32,000 bases of DNA from Flavobacteriaceae bacterium (GCA_965224465.1 OZ245049.1:2190001-2222000), one strand, 5' to 3'; counted from the first letter of the stretch, positions 16,611 through 24,816 are shown. Made by a program: numbers and translations. The notes: a model not told the origin generated them from the sequence alone.

Positions 16611-19600
16611 CCATCTGTGTTTGGGTTGTGATATTTCCGTCCCCATCATCAAAAGTCCACGTAATTTCTGTTTGTGTTCCATTTCCAGAAATTGGCAAAC
16701 TAACATTTGCTGTCCCTGTAATAGTTCCTCCACAATTATCCGTTGCCGTTGGCAGTTTTAAAGTTTCAAGCTCACATTGAACTTTTATATCTTCTAAGCT
16801 TTTCGCATCTGCTATTGGAGCACTTGTTTTCTTTATAATTACACGCTGGATTTGCGTAGACATATTTCCTTTTTCGTCCGTATAAGTCCACTCAACCAAT
16901 GTTGTTCCGCTTGTAGTGATTGGAAATTTAGCATTGTGTGTAACTGTTACAATTCCTCCACAATTATCCGTTGCTGTTGGAGGAGTTAAGCTTGTTACTT
17001 CGCATTGCCCCAATACATCCACTAAATCTTGTGTGTCAGCAGTAGGACCCATTGTATCCTTTATAACTACAAATTGGATTTGTGTCGCTGTATTCCCTTC
17101 TACATCCACATACGTCCAAACAACCTCTGTCTTCCCTTTTTTGGTAATTGGAAATTGTGCATTATGAGTAACAGTTACATCACCATTACAGTTGTCTGTT
17201 ACCGTTGGAGGAATTAAGCTTGTTACTTCACATTGCCCCAATACATCCACTAAATCCTGTGTGTCAGCAGTAGGATCTGTAGTATCCCCAATAATTATTT
17301 GTTGGGTTTGCGACGTTTTATTCCCTTCTTTATCCGTAAAAGTCCAGAGCACTTCTGTTCTTCCTTTTTTGGTAATTGGTAGTTGTACATTGTGTGTACC
17401 GTTTATAGTACCTCTACAATTATCCGTTGCTGTTGGAGGAGTCAAAATTGCTATTTCACACTGCCCCAACACATCCTCTAACGCCACTACATCTACTACT
17501 GGAGCAGTTGTATCGGCAATAATTACTTCTATGGTTAATGAAGAAGCATTTCCAAGACTATCAACAAAATCCCAAAGAATATTATACGTACCATCTCCTT
17601 GAATTTGATTAAAATCGAATTCTGTAGTCCCCGTAATTTCACCCTCACAAGCATCAATTAACACCGGTTTTTCAAAATTTTCTTCGGTAATTGGACATTG
17701 GAAATTATAACTAGCCACCTTTACTGGTTTAAAGGATACAAAATCGTTTTGAGCTTCCCACACCTCATTATTTCTACCCGGAACTGAATAGCCAAAACTA
17801 CCTATACTGTCTTCAATTCCTTGCAGCGTTTGTTCTAAAGGTTTATTTAAGGTATGAATTTCTATGCTGTTGTCTTTTTCCAACAAATGAACTTGCATAC
17901 TTACATTACCACCAACTGCATCAAAGAAAGGAATTTCCATAAAATCTACAACAAATATCCTATTCGGACTTTCTCCAACAGTATGATACTTGATGGTGCC
18001 TCCGTCATTTGGATTAAGATCTGCCCAAGAAAACGCAATCACATTATTTGCATCATCGTTCGATGGAATTTCAAGATCCGAATAAACAGTCACATCAGTA
18101 TCATTAAATGTTAAATATCCATTTGAAGAAACTTGCAACGTTGTATATTTTAAAGAGAAAAACTCAAATTCAAAACCTAAAACTATAGGTTCACTCATCT
18201 GGTCATCATCCAAATTAAGAACAGTCGCATCCCCTGGCATTTCAATAAATTCAACACTGCTACTTTGGGTCATATCGTATGTGAAAATTGAATTTACATT
18301 CGGTGCAGATACATCGGTAATAATAACATTCTGATTTTGCGTACTTGTATTCCCGTTCCCATCATCATAAGTCCATGTTACCACTGTTGTTCCTTGAGTA
18401 GAGATAGGAAACGCAACATTGCTTGTAACAGTTATCTCTTGCGAACAATTATCTCTAGCACGTGGTTTCCGTATCTTAGAAACACTACACGCAGCAACTA
18501 CATCTCTCAATCTTCTACTTCTTGGCCTAGGAGCCGTAGCATCTGGAACAATTGTCACATTTTGATTTTGTGTGCTCTTATTTCCACTCACATCCTCATA
18601 GGTCCAAGTCACCACTGTAGTTCCTATTTCTGTCAACGGTAATACTACATTATGCGTAATTCTTATGATACCTGCACAATTATCGCTTGCCGTTGGCCTG
18701 TTTAAACGAGACAATCTACATTCTACGCTTACATCTGCTAACTGCGCCAAATCAGCTACAGGAGCTTCCGTATCTTTAACGGTAATTGTAAAAGAGCTTG
18801 TAGTAGTCCCAAAAGAATTGGTTGCAGAGAACGTATTTGTTGTAATTCCTACTGGGTACGCAACTCCAGAAGCCAAGCCAGCTATTTGGGTCATGGTTGC
18901 TGGTGAACAGCCCTCTATGAGTGTTGGCGCCGTATAGTTTACGATTGTTTCACATTTTCCTGCATCATTGTTTTGAATGCTATTACTAGGGCATGTAATT
19001 ATAGGAGTACAAGTAACTACATCAAACCCTTTCCATTGATTATCATCTTCATTGTAAAGCCAAAAAATATTGTTAGCATAACTCATTTTAAAACCATCAG
19101 CTGATGGCGCCGTGACAGGAAAACTACATGTTGAAGCATAAGCTCCTGTTGCTTTATTAATAAAATAAGCCGCTTTTAATACATAATCATATACAGCAAG
19201 TTCATTCCCTACTAAACCAATATAAGCAATAGAGTTGACATTCAAATTTGAAATATCTACAGGCAATCCTGTAATAGGCATCTCAGAAATCAACGTATGG
19301 CTTGCTCTGGAATAGTGATAAACACTTCCATTATGATAATACCAAATTTCATCGGCATCAAAATCATAACTGCCAATCGACTGAATATCAGGCGCGAAAA
19401 CACCTGGCACAGACGAAATCCCACCATTTAATGCATGAAAATTAGCACCCAATTTTTGAATCCAAATTCCGCCAAAACCGAATCCATTTCCTTCCAATGT
19501 ACCCGTATTTGAATTCCACCAAAGACCTCTATAATCAAATCCAGATTCAGCATCGGATAAAAAAACGCCCTCATTACTATAGGTCTCTATGGGATTTGTT

Positions 19601-19794
19601 ATATTACCAGCAAATACCCCATAATACAATTCTTGATTCGGATTAAAAGCCACACTCGTTTTATTATCACTCATAGTAGTTACACATTGAAGTGCCTTCA
19701 CAAAGGTAGCAGTGCTCCTTGGGGTCTGAGCAATAGAAAGAACACTCTTTAAGGCAATTAAAATCCCAATGGTTATTTTAAGTAAATTATTCAT
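16102..19794 (-). CDS. T9SS type-B cargo adhesin: signal peptide, unknown Gly/aromatic-rich head, HYR and HYR-like domains, NIDO-like insert, type-B C-terminal sorting domain (1230 aa)
   Basis: ATG at 19794 and signal peptide MNNLLKITIGILIALKSVLSIAQ. One canonical HYR-type domain (CPSNSIQNNDAGKCETIVNYTAP...VGITTNTFSATNSFG...FTITVKD). Eight [AS]TDNC/RDNC/IDAC stalk domains. The C-terminus is GFSPNDDGINDTWTIDG...GAYYFIIEF...GWLYINY. Confidence 0.9.
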   Translation of the reverse strand: MNNLLKITIGILIALKSVLSIAQTPRSTATFVKALQCVTTMSDNKTSVAFNPNQELYYGVFAGNITNPIETYSNEGVFLSDAESGFDYRGLWWNSNTGTLEGNGFGFGGIWIQKLGANFHALNGGISSVPGVFAPDIQSIGSYDFDADEIWYYHNGSVYHYSRASHTLISEMPITGLPVDISNLNVNSIAYIGLVGNELAVYDYVLKAAYFINKATGAYASTCSFPVTAPSADGFKMSYANNIFWLYNEDDNQWKGFDVVTCTPIITCPSNSIQNNDAGKCETIVNYTAPTLIEGCSPATMTQIAGLASGVAYPVGITTNTFSATNSFGTTTSSFTITVKDTEAPVADLAQLADVSVECRLSRLNRPTASDNCAGIIRITHNVVLPLTEIGTTVVTWTYEDVSGNKSTQNQNVTIVPDATAPRPRSRRLRDVVAACSVSKIRKPRARDNCSQEITVTSNVAFPISTQGTTVVTWTYDDGNGNTSTQNQNVIITDVSAPNVNSIFTYDMTQSSSVEFIEMPGDATVLNLDDDQMSEPIVLGFEFEFFSLKYTTLQVSSNGYLTFNDTDVTVYSDLEIPSNDDANNVIAFSWADLNPNDGGTIKYHTVGESPNRIFVVDFMEIPFFDAVGGNVSMQVHLLEKDNSIEIHTLNKPLEQTLQGIEDSIGSFGYSVPGRNNEVWEAQNDFVSFKPVKVASYNFQCPITEENFEKPVLIDACEGEITGTTEFDFNQIQGDGTYNILWDFVDSLGNASSLTIEVIIADTTAPVVDVVALEDVLGQCEIAILTPPTATDNCRGTINGTHNVQLPITKKGRTEVLWTFTDKEGNKTSQTQQIIIGDTTDPTADTQDLVDVLGQCEVTSLIPPTVTDNCNGDVTVTHNAQFPITKKGKTEVVWTYVDVEGNTATQIQFVVIKDTMGPTADTQDLVDVLGQCEVTSLTPPTATDNCGGIVTVTHNAKFPITTSGTTLVEWTYTDEKGNMSTQIQRVIIKKTSAPIADAKSLEDIKVQCELETLKLPTATDNCGGTITGTANVSLPISGNGTQTEITWTFDDGDGNITTQTQMVIIEDVTAPEADEDLLTISGQSDVTLIAPTATDNCVGTVIATTTDPMHYNQSGTHTITWIFDDGHGNISSQLQTVIISTLVESHGFSPNDDGINDTWTIDGIEAFKNSKVQVFSRSGHKVYEKIGYKNTWDAYSNTGSNKKMMSGAYYFIIEFNKNGKQPKTGWLYINY

Positions 19795-19880
19795 ATTTCT
19801 CTATTTTTTTTGTTTTATGCTGTTCTTTTGGACTTTAGAGTCCAACGAACATAGTTGTCTTAAATAAGGTTTTTTGATCA

Positions 19881-19912
19881 TGATTGTTTGATTGATTATT
19901 TGATTGTTTGAT
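19881..19912 (-). promoter_or_regulatory. Perfect 12-bp direct repeat TGATTGTTTGAT x2 at 20-bp period, candidate regulator-binding site
   Basis: 19881-19892 and 19901-19912 are identical, separated by the spacer TGATTATT. The pair lies 87-118 nt upstream of the cargo ATG at 19794. The functional assignment is inference only. Confidence 0.35.
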
Positions 19913-20594
19913 ATATAGTTTAGAGAATTATTAAAATAGAATTGGACAATTTAATTCACAATTAAGACCTCTGAAATGTAATTATTCCTTGTTTATAAAG
20001 CCTAAAACACACCTCAAAAACAGCTGTTATTGAAGCGATCTCAGTAATAACTAAACGTATTACTACTCAATATTTTTAAAAATTTGCATCAAAAGAAACT
20101 CCATAGATGCATTTCTATAAGAGCTGATACTAATTATAAAATAGTGGTGACTGGAATTTAAGGTGTTTGTTTTTTTACCTTAGAAATAGATAAAAAACTT
20201 AAAAAATCATACATAGATTTCCTGATATCAATCAGAAAACAAGAAGAAAGTGGGGACGCATTCATATTAAATTATATTATTAATTTATAATTATCTGTTT
20301 TATAAAAATAGTTACACCAATTAATCACACTTAAACAATTGATTTAATACATTCGTTACAAAGAAAAAACGCTATAACATCACTTCCATTTATCCTCAAA
20401 AAAATCATACAAGTTGTAAAAAAATGTATAAACGAACGGCGAATGTAATATAAGTTACTAATTAAACAACAATTTTTCTAACTAAAAATAAAATCACACA
20501 TACACGCGTACATACTCAGTATTCACAAAAAAATTAAAAACCTCAGTAAAACAAGGCGCTCAAGCAATATAAAAGCCATTCAAAAAAGAAGAAC

Positions 20595-20602
20595 TATCTT
20601 TG
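20595..20602 (+). promoter_or_regulatory. Candidate Bacteroidota -7 box (TATCTTTG) for the acylase-LacI operon
   Basis: It matches TAnnTTTG 26-33 nt upstream of ATG 20628. No convincing -33 TTG was seen. Confidence 0.35.
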
Positions 20603-20627
20603 AGCATAAACTAAACCGCCACTACTT

Positions 20628-23012
20628 ATGCGTATCTTAAAAAAACTATTTATTTTTATTTTTGGTTTAATCGTTATTACTGTGTTGGCAGGACTCTTTT
20701 ATGCCTATCACCAAAAGCCAACCTACGAAGGGGCTTTATCTCTAAAAAACATTGACAAAACCACAACCGTATATTTTGATGATTATGGAATCCCTCATAT
20801 ATACGCAGAAAACCAACAAGACGCTATTACTACCCTTGGTTATGTACACGCACAAGACAGGCTATGGCAAATGGAACTCATGCGAAGAATAGCACCAGGG
20901 AAACTTTCTGAGGTTTTTGGTAAAGTAATGCTTAAAAACGATACGTTTTTTAAAAGCCTCGGCATTGAAGAAGCTAGTAAAAAAGCGGTCAAAAACATTG
21001 ATAAAAAGGGCGCACCGTACAAACTTGCAATGGCATATTTAGACGGTATCAATCAATATATATCCGAAGGAAAAACCCCCATTGAATTTCGTGTCCTAGG
21101 GGTCAAGAAAGAAGCTTTTGTTCTAGAAGACGTCTACAATATTTTTGGATACATGGCTTTTAGTTTTGCGATAGCACATCAAACAGACCCCCTACTTACA
21201 ACGATTAAAAACAAGCTAGGAAATAATTATTTAAAAGACCTCAGCATCCACATAAACCCATCTACACAACTTATACACAATAGCCCAAAGGAGGATTTTA
21301 GCAACATCGCTGCAGAGGTAGCTCAAATAATGAACACTTCACCCATCCCACCATTTATAGGAAGTAATAGTTGGGTAATAGCCCCAGAAAAAACCCGTAC
21401 AGGAAGTGTTATTTTTGCCAACGACCCACATATTGCCTTTGCACAACCATCGGTTTGGTACGAAGCACACATTCACACACCTGACTATGAGATGTACGGC
21501 TATTATTTGGCAGGAATCCCTTTCCCTCTTCTTGGGCACAATAGAGATTACGCCTATGGAATTACCATGTTTGAAAATGATGATATTGATTTTTATGAGG
21601 AAGAAAATCACCCTACAGATAGCACCCTTTACAAATATAAAGACGGCTATAAAAAATATAAAACAGTAACAAAAACCATTCAAATAAAAGGAGAATCATC
21701 ACTTGAATACACCTTTAAACTAACTGACCACGGTCCTATTATGAATGATGTGATTGAAGGAATCGCATCAAAAAAACCAATTGCAATGTGGTGGGTATTT
21801 ACAAAATTCCCTTTAAAAACGATGAAAGCCATGTATAAAATATCCCATGCAAATTCCATGGAAGATGTACAGGCAGGAGCCGCCTTAATACATGCTCCTG
21901 GATTAAACATTATGTATGGAGATGCTAAAAACAATGTTGCTTGGTGGGCAACAGGAAAATTATACAAACAAGCCCCTCATGTAAACCGTAAGTTTATCCT
22001 AAACGGTAGCTCCGGAAAAGATGATCCCATTTCCTATTTAGATTTTTCACAAAACCCCAAGGAAAAAAACCCTTCTTGGAACTATGTATATTCCGCCAAC
22101 AATCAGCCAGACAGCATTGCAGGTATGTTATACCCAGGTTATTATTTACCTGAAGACCGCGCAAAACGAATTGTACAATTATTAGAAAGAAAAAACAATT
22201 GGAACTCTAAAAGCACTCAACAAATGATTACAGATGTCACATCACCTGTATCCATTGAGATTATCAAAGAATTTACAGACAGCATGCACTACAATAGCTT
22301 CTCTAAAAAAGAAAAACAAGCCATAGATATCTTACAATTATGGGATGGATCCAATACTATTAGCTCTGTAGCCCCAACTATTTATAACAAATGGGTATAT
22401 TTGTACCTGAAAAACACCTTGTCGGATGAATTAGGTGAGAAAACGTTCCAACAAATTCTAAATACCTACGTTATGAAACGTAGTATTTCGAAATTAATAC
22501 ACAATGAATCCTCCATTTGGTGGGATGACATCAGAACAACAAACAAGAAAGAAAACCGACAAGACATCCTGTCTAAATCCTTAAAAGAAACGGTTTCTTT
22601 TTTAGAAAACCAATTAGGAAATGACATTAAGGATTGGAACTGGAGTCGTGTACACACCCTTGAACACAAACATGTTTTAGGTGAAGTAGCTTTGTTAAGA
22701 AAATATTTTAACATAGGACCTTCCCCTATAAATGGAGCAAGAGAGGTTATAAACAACCAAGGATACGACTATAACGAAACTGGGATTTACGCGGTTAAAT
22801 CTGGACCTTCAACAAGGCGCGTAATAGACTTTTCTGACATAGAAAACAGTGTCAGTATTTTACCGACAGGACAATCTGGAAATGTATTTAGCAAGCATTA
22901 CAAAGATCAATTCGAAATGTACAATAAAGGAACCTTTCGGAAAATGAAATTAAATAAAGAAGAAATTATAAAAAACTCAACCCAACTAATATTTACACCA
23001 ACCGATGAATAA
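20628..23012 (+). CDS. Penicillin-acylase-family Ntn hydrolase (MEROPS S45), possible N-acyl-homoserine-lactone/penicillin acylase
   Basis: 794 aa with an N-terminal signal anchor. Alpha-subunit motif is AQDRLWQMEL. The putative autoprocessing site and beta-subunit nucleophile is G-SNSWVIAP, followed by ANDPH. C-terminal motif is LPTGQSGN. Confidence 0.85.
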   Translation: MRILKKLFIFIFGLIVITVLAGLFYAYHQKPTYEGALSLKNIDKTTTVYFDDYGIPHIYAENQQDAITTLGYVHAQDRLWQMELMRRIAPGKLSEVFGKVMLKNDTFFKSLGIEEASKKAVKNIDKKGAPYKLAMAYLDGINQYISEGKTPIEFRVLGVKKEAFVLEDVYNIFGYMAFSFAIAHQTDPLLTTIKNKLGNNYLKDLSIHINPSTQLIHNSPKEDFSNIAAEVAQIMNTSPIPPFIGSNSWVIAPEKTRTGSVIFANDPHIAFAQPSVWYEAHIHTPDYEMYGYYLAGIPFPLLGHNRDYAYGITMFENDDIDFYEEENHPTDSTLYKYKDGYKKYKTVTKTIQIKGESSLEYTFKLTDHGPIMNDVIEGIASKKPIAMWWVFTKFPLKTMKAMYKISHANSMEDVQAGAALIHAPGLNIMYGDAKNNVAWWATGKLYKQAPHVNRKFILNGSSGKDDPISYLDFSQNPKEKNPSWNYVYSANNQPDSIAGMLYPGYYLPEDRAKRIVQLLERKNNWNSKSTQQMITDVTSPVSIEIIKEFTDSMHYNSFSKKEKQAIDILQLWDGSNTISSVAPTIYNKWVYLYLKNTLSDELGEKTFQQILNTYVMKRSISKLIHNESSIWWDDIRTTNKKENRQDILSKSLKETVSFLENQLGNDIKDWNWSRVHTLEHKHVLGEVALLRKYFNIGPSPINGAREVINNQGYDYNETGIYAVKSGPSTRRVIDFSDIENSVSILPTGQSGNVFSKHYKDQFEMYNKGTFRKMKLNKEEIIKNSTQLIFTPTDE

Positions 23013-24039
23013 ACGAATTACGATAAAAGAGATTGCTAAAGTATTAGGAGTTTCTGTATCAACTGTATCCAAAGCACTACATGACAGCTACGAAATAAGT
23101 ACTGAAACAAAAAAAAGAGTGCAAGAATATGCCAAAGCACAGCACTACAAGCCTAACAGCCTAGCGCTTAGCCTACAAAACAAACGCACCAAGACCATTG
23201 GGGTACTGGTTCCTAATATCTTAAATACTTTTTTTGCAAGGGTATTGAATGGGATAGAAAGTGAAGCGTCAAAAAACGGCTACAAACTGATTACTTGTTT
23301 TACAAATGAATCTTATAAAAAAGAGGTAGACACCATAGAAATGCTAGCCAACGGAACCATCGATGGTTTTATAGCTTGCCTTTCACAAGAGACCCTTCAA
23401 ATGGAAAATTTTGATCATTTTAAAGAATTATCAGAACAAGACATTCCCCTAGTACTTTATGACCGAGTAAGCAATCAAATAAATTGTGACAAAGTAGTAA
23501 TTGACAATGTAAAAAGCGCCTATAAAGCGACGAAGTACTTGATGAATCTAAATTGCAAAAACATCGCATTTATATCTACTATTCACGGTTTAAACGTTGG
23601 TAAATTTAGAGCAAAGGGCTATAAAAAAGTACTAAAAAAATACAACCATAATTATTCTAAGAAGAACATGGTGAAATTGGAAAGTAAAGAAAACTTACGT
23701 GAAAACATTGAAAAACTACTTGAAAACGACAAAATTGACGGGATTTTTACGGTAGACGAAACCTCTGCTGCCACTGCAATTCAAGTACTTAATGAAAAAG
23801 GACTGAAAGTTCCTGAGGACGTATCTTTAATTGGCTTTACCAACGGGATTTTGTCTAGACATATTTCACCTCCGCTAACTACGGTAAATCAATTTGGAAG
23901 TAAAATTGGTGAAAATGCGATGCGAATGCTCATTGATAGATTGGAAAACAAAAACGAGCCAGAACCGTATAGAGTTAATTTAATCCGTACAGAAATCATC
24001 GAAAGAAAATCGACGAAACGGTATGTAGACAAAGCTTAA
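23005..24039 (+). CDS. LacI-family transcriptional regulator
   Basis: N-terminal HTH is ITIKEIAKVLGVSVSTVSKALHDSYEISTETKKRVQEYAKAQHYKPNSLALSLQ, followed by a periplasmic-binding-protein-like fold (TIGVLVPN...). The ATG overlaps the acylase stop by 8 nt. Confidence 0.9.
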   Translation: MNKRITIKEIAKVLGVSVSTVSKALHDSYEISTETKKRVQEYAKAQHYKPNSLALSLQNKRTKTIGVLVPNILNTFFARVLNGIESEASKNGYKLITCFTNESYKKEVDTIEMLANGTIDGFIACLSQETLQMENFDHFKELSEQDIPLVLYDRVSNQINCDKVVIDNVKSAYKATKYLMNLNCKNIAFISTIHGLNVGKFRAKGYKKVLKKYNHNYSKKNMVKLESKENLRENIEKLLENDKIDGIFTVDETSAATAIQVLNEKGLKVPEDVSLIGFTNGILSRHISPPLTTVNQFGSKIGENAMRMLIDRLENKNEPEPYRVNLIRTEIIERKSTKRYVDKA

Positions 24040-24065
24040 TCACTTGCGTTACATAACAAATATAA

Positions 24066-24102
24066 ATCCTTTTTATTTTAAAAAATAAAGAGGATTTTTT
24101 TT
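24066..24102. terminator. Bidirectional intrinsic terminator between the convergent LacI and CYTH genes
   Basis: ATCCTTTTTATTTT-AA-AAAATAAAGAGGAT (13/14 bp stem) followed by T8 on the plus strand. The reverse strand also ends T-rich. Confidence 0.7.
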
Positions 24103-24595
24103 AGATCTCCTCCCTAGAATCAACATCCCATTTCACAAATGGATGAGACATCAAACAGGCATTGTAATATTTTGTATCACCTGTCACTTCTACGCCCAAC
24201 CAAGATGGTTTTTCAAATAAATAATCTACTGAAGGAAGTTCAATTTCAGCAACTACCAAACCCTGATTATCACCATAAAACTCGTCTACTTCAAAAGTCA
24301 AACCACTTGATTCTGGCACTAAAAAACGCATTTTATCTATCACACCCTCTTCACACAACACCATCAGATCCTCTGCTTCATTCAAGGGGATTTCTCGTTC
24401 CCATTCGTAGCGAGTAGTTCCTGACGCATCCCCAATTCCTTTAATTGTTAGATAGCCTTTTTTATTTGAAATTCGTACACGTACTGTCCGCTCCGCAACA
24501 GAAGACAAATAACCTTGTGTAATTCTAATGTGTGAATTTGAAAAGGATTTATAATTTCCTTTTATCAAAAATTTACGTTCTATTTCTTGTGGCAT
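24101..24595 (-). CDS. CYTH-domain protein (CyaB/ThTPase-like triphosphate tunnel metalloenzyme), 164 aa
   Basis: MPQEIERKFLIKG... carries the ExExK CYTH signature. The ORF-track extension to 24712 adds 39 non-homologous-looking residues that run through a terminator hairpin, so the ATG at 24595 is preferred. Confidence 0.8.
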   Translation of the reverse strand: MPQEIERKFLIKGNYKSFSNSHIRITQGYLSSVAERTVRVRISNKKGYLTIKGIGDASGTTRYEWEREIPLNEAEDLMVLCEEGVIDKMRFLVPESSGLTFEVDEFYGDNQGLVVAEIELPSVDYLFEKPSWLGVEVTGDTKYYNACLMSHPFVKWDVDSREEI

Positions 24596-24618
24596 ATGAT
24601 ATAATGTATGAATACTCG

Positions 24619-24626
24619 CAAAAATA
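24619..24626 (-). promoter_or_regulatory. Candidate -7 box (TATTTTTG) for the CYTH gene
   Basis: The reverse complement of CAAAAATA matches TAnnTTTG 24-31 nt upstream of ATG 24595, immediately after the terminator hairpin. Confidence 0.35.
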
Positions 24627-24636
24627 CAGTTAAAAT

Positions 24637-24669
24637 AAGCAACCTCGTCCCAAGGGCACGAGGTTGCTT
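24637..24669 (-). terminator. Intrinsic terminator (12-bp perfect GC-rich stem) downstream of the IS-disrupted small gene
   Basis: AAGCAACCTCGT-(9 nt loop)-ACGAGGTTGCTT. On the minus strand it is followed by ATTTTAACTGTATTTTT. Confidence 0.7.
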
Positions 24670-24816
24670 TCCAAAAATAATTTCTATTTCGAGGTTGCCC
24701 CTCGGTAAACACCCCTTCAAAGAGGGCTTAACATTTTATTATTTAGACCGTAGAACTAGAATCCCCCTTCTACAAGGGCAAAACCATGTCTACTAAATTC
24801 TAAATAGAAAAAATAT

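Noticed and set aside
2036-19794. Diversity-generating retroelement or invertase-driven phase variation as the source of adhesin variability.
   Set aside because: The window has no reverse transcriptase, no template/variable repeat pair with adenine-specific differences, no site-specific recombinase, and no long inverted repeats bracketing a promoter. The only mobile-DNA enzymes are the IS1595 and IS30 transposases.
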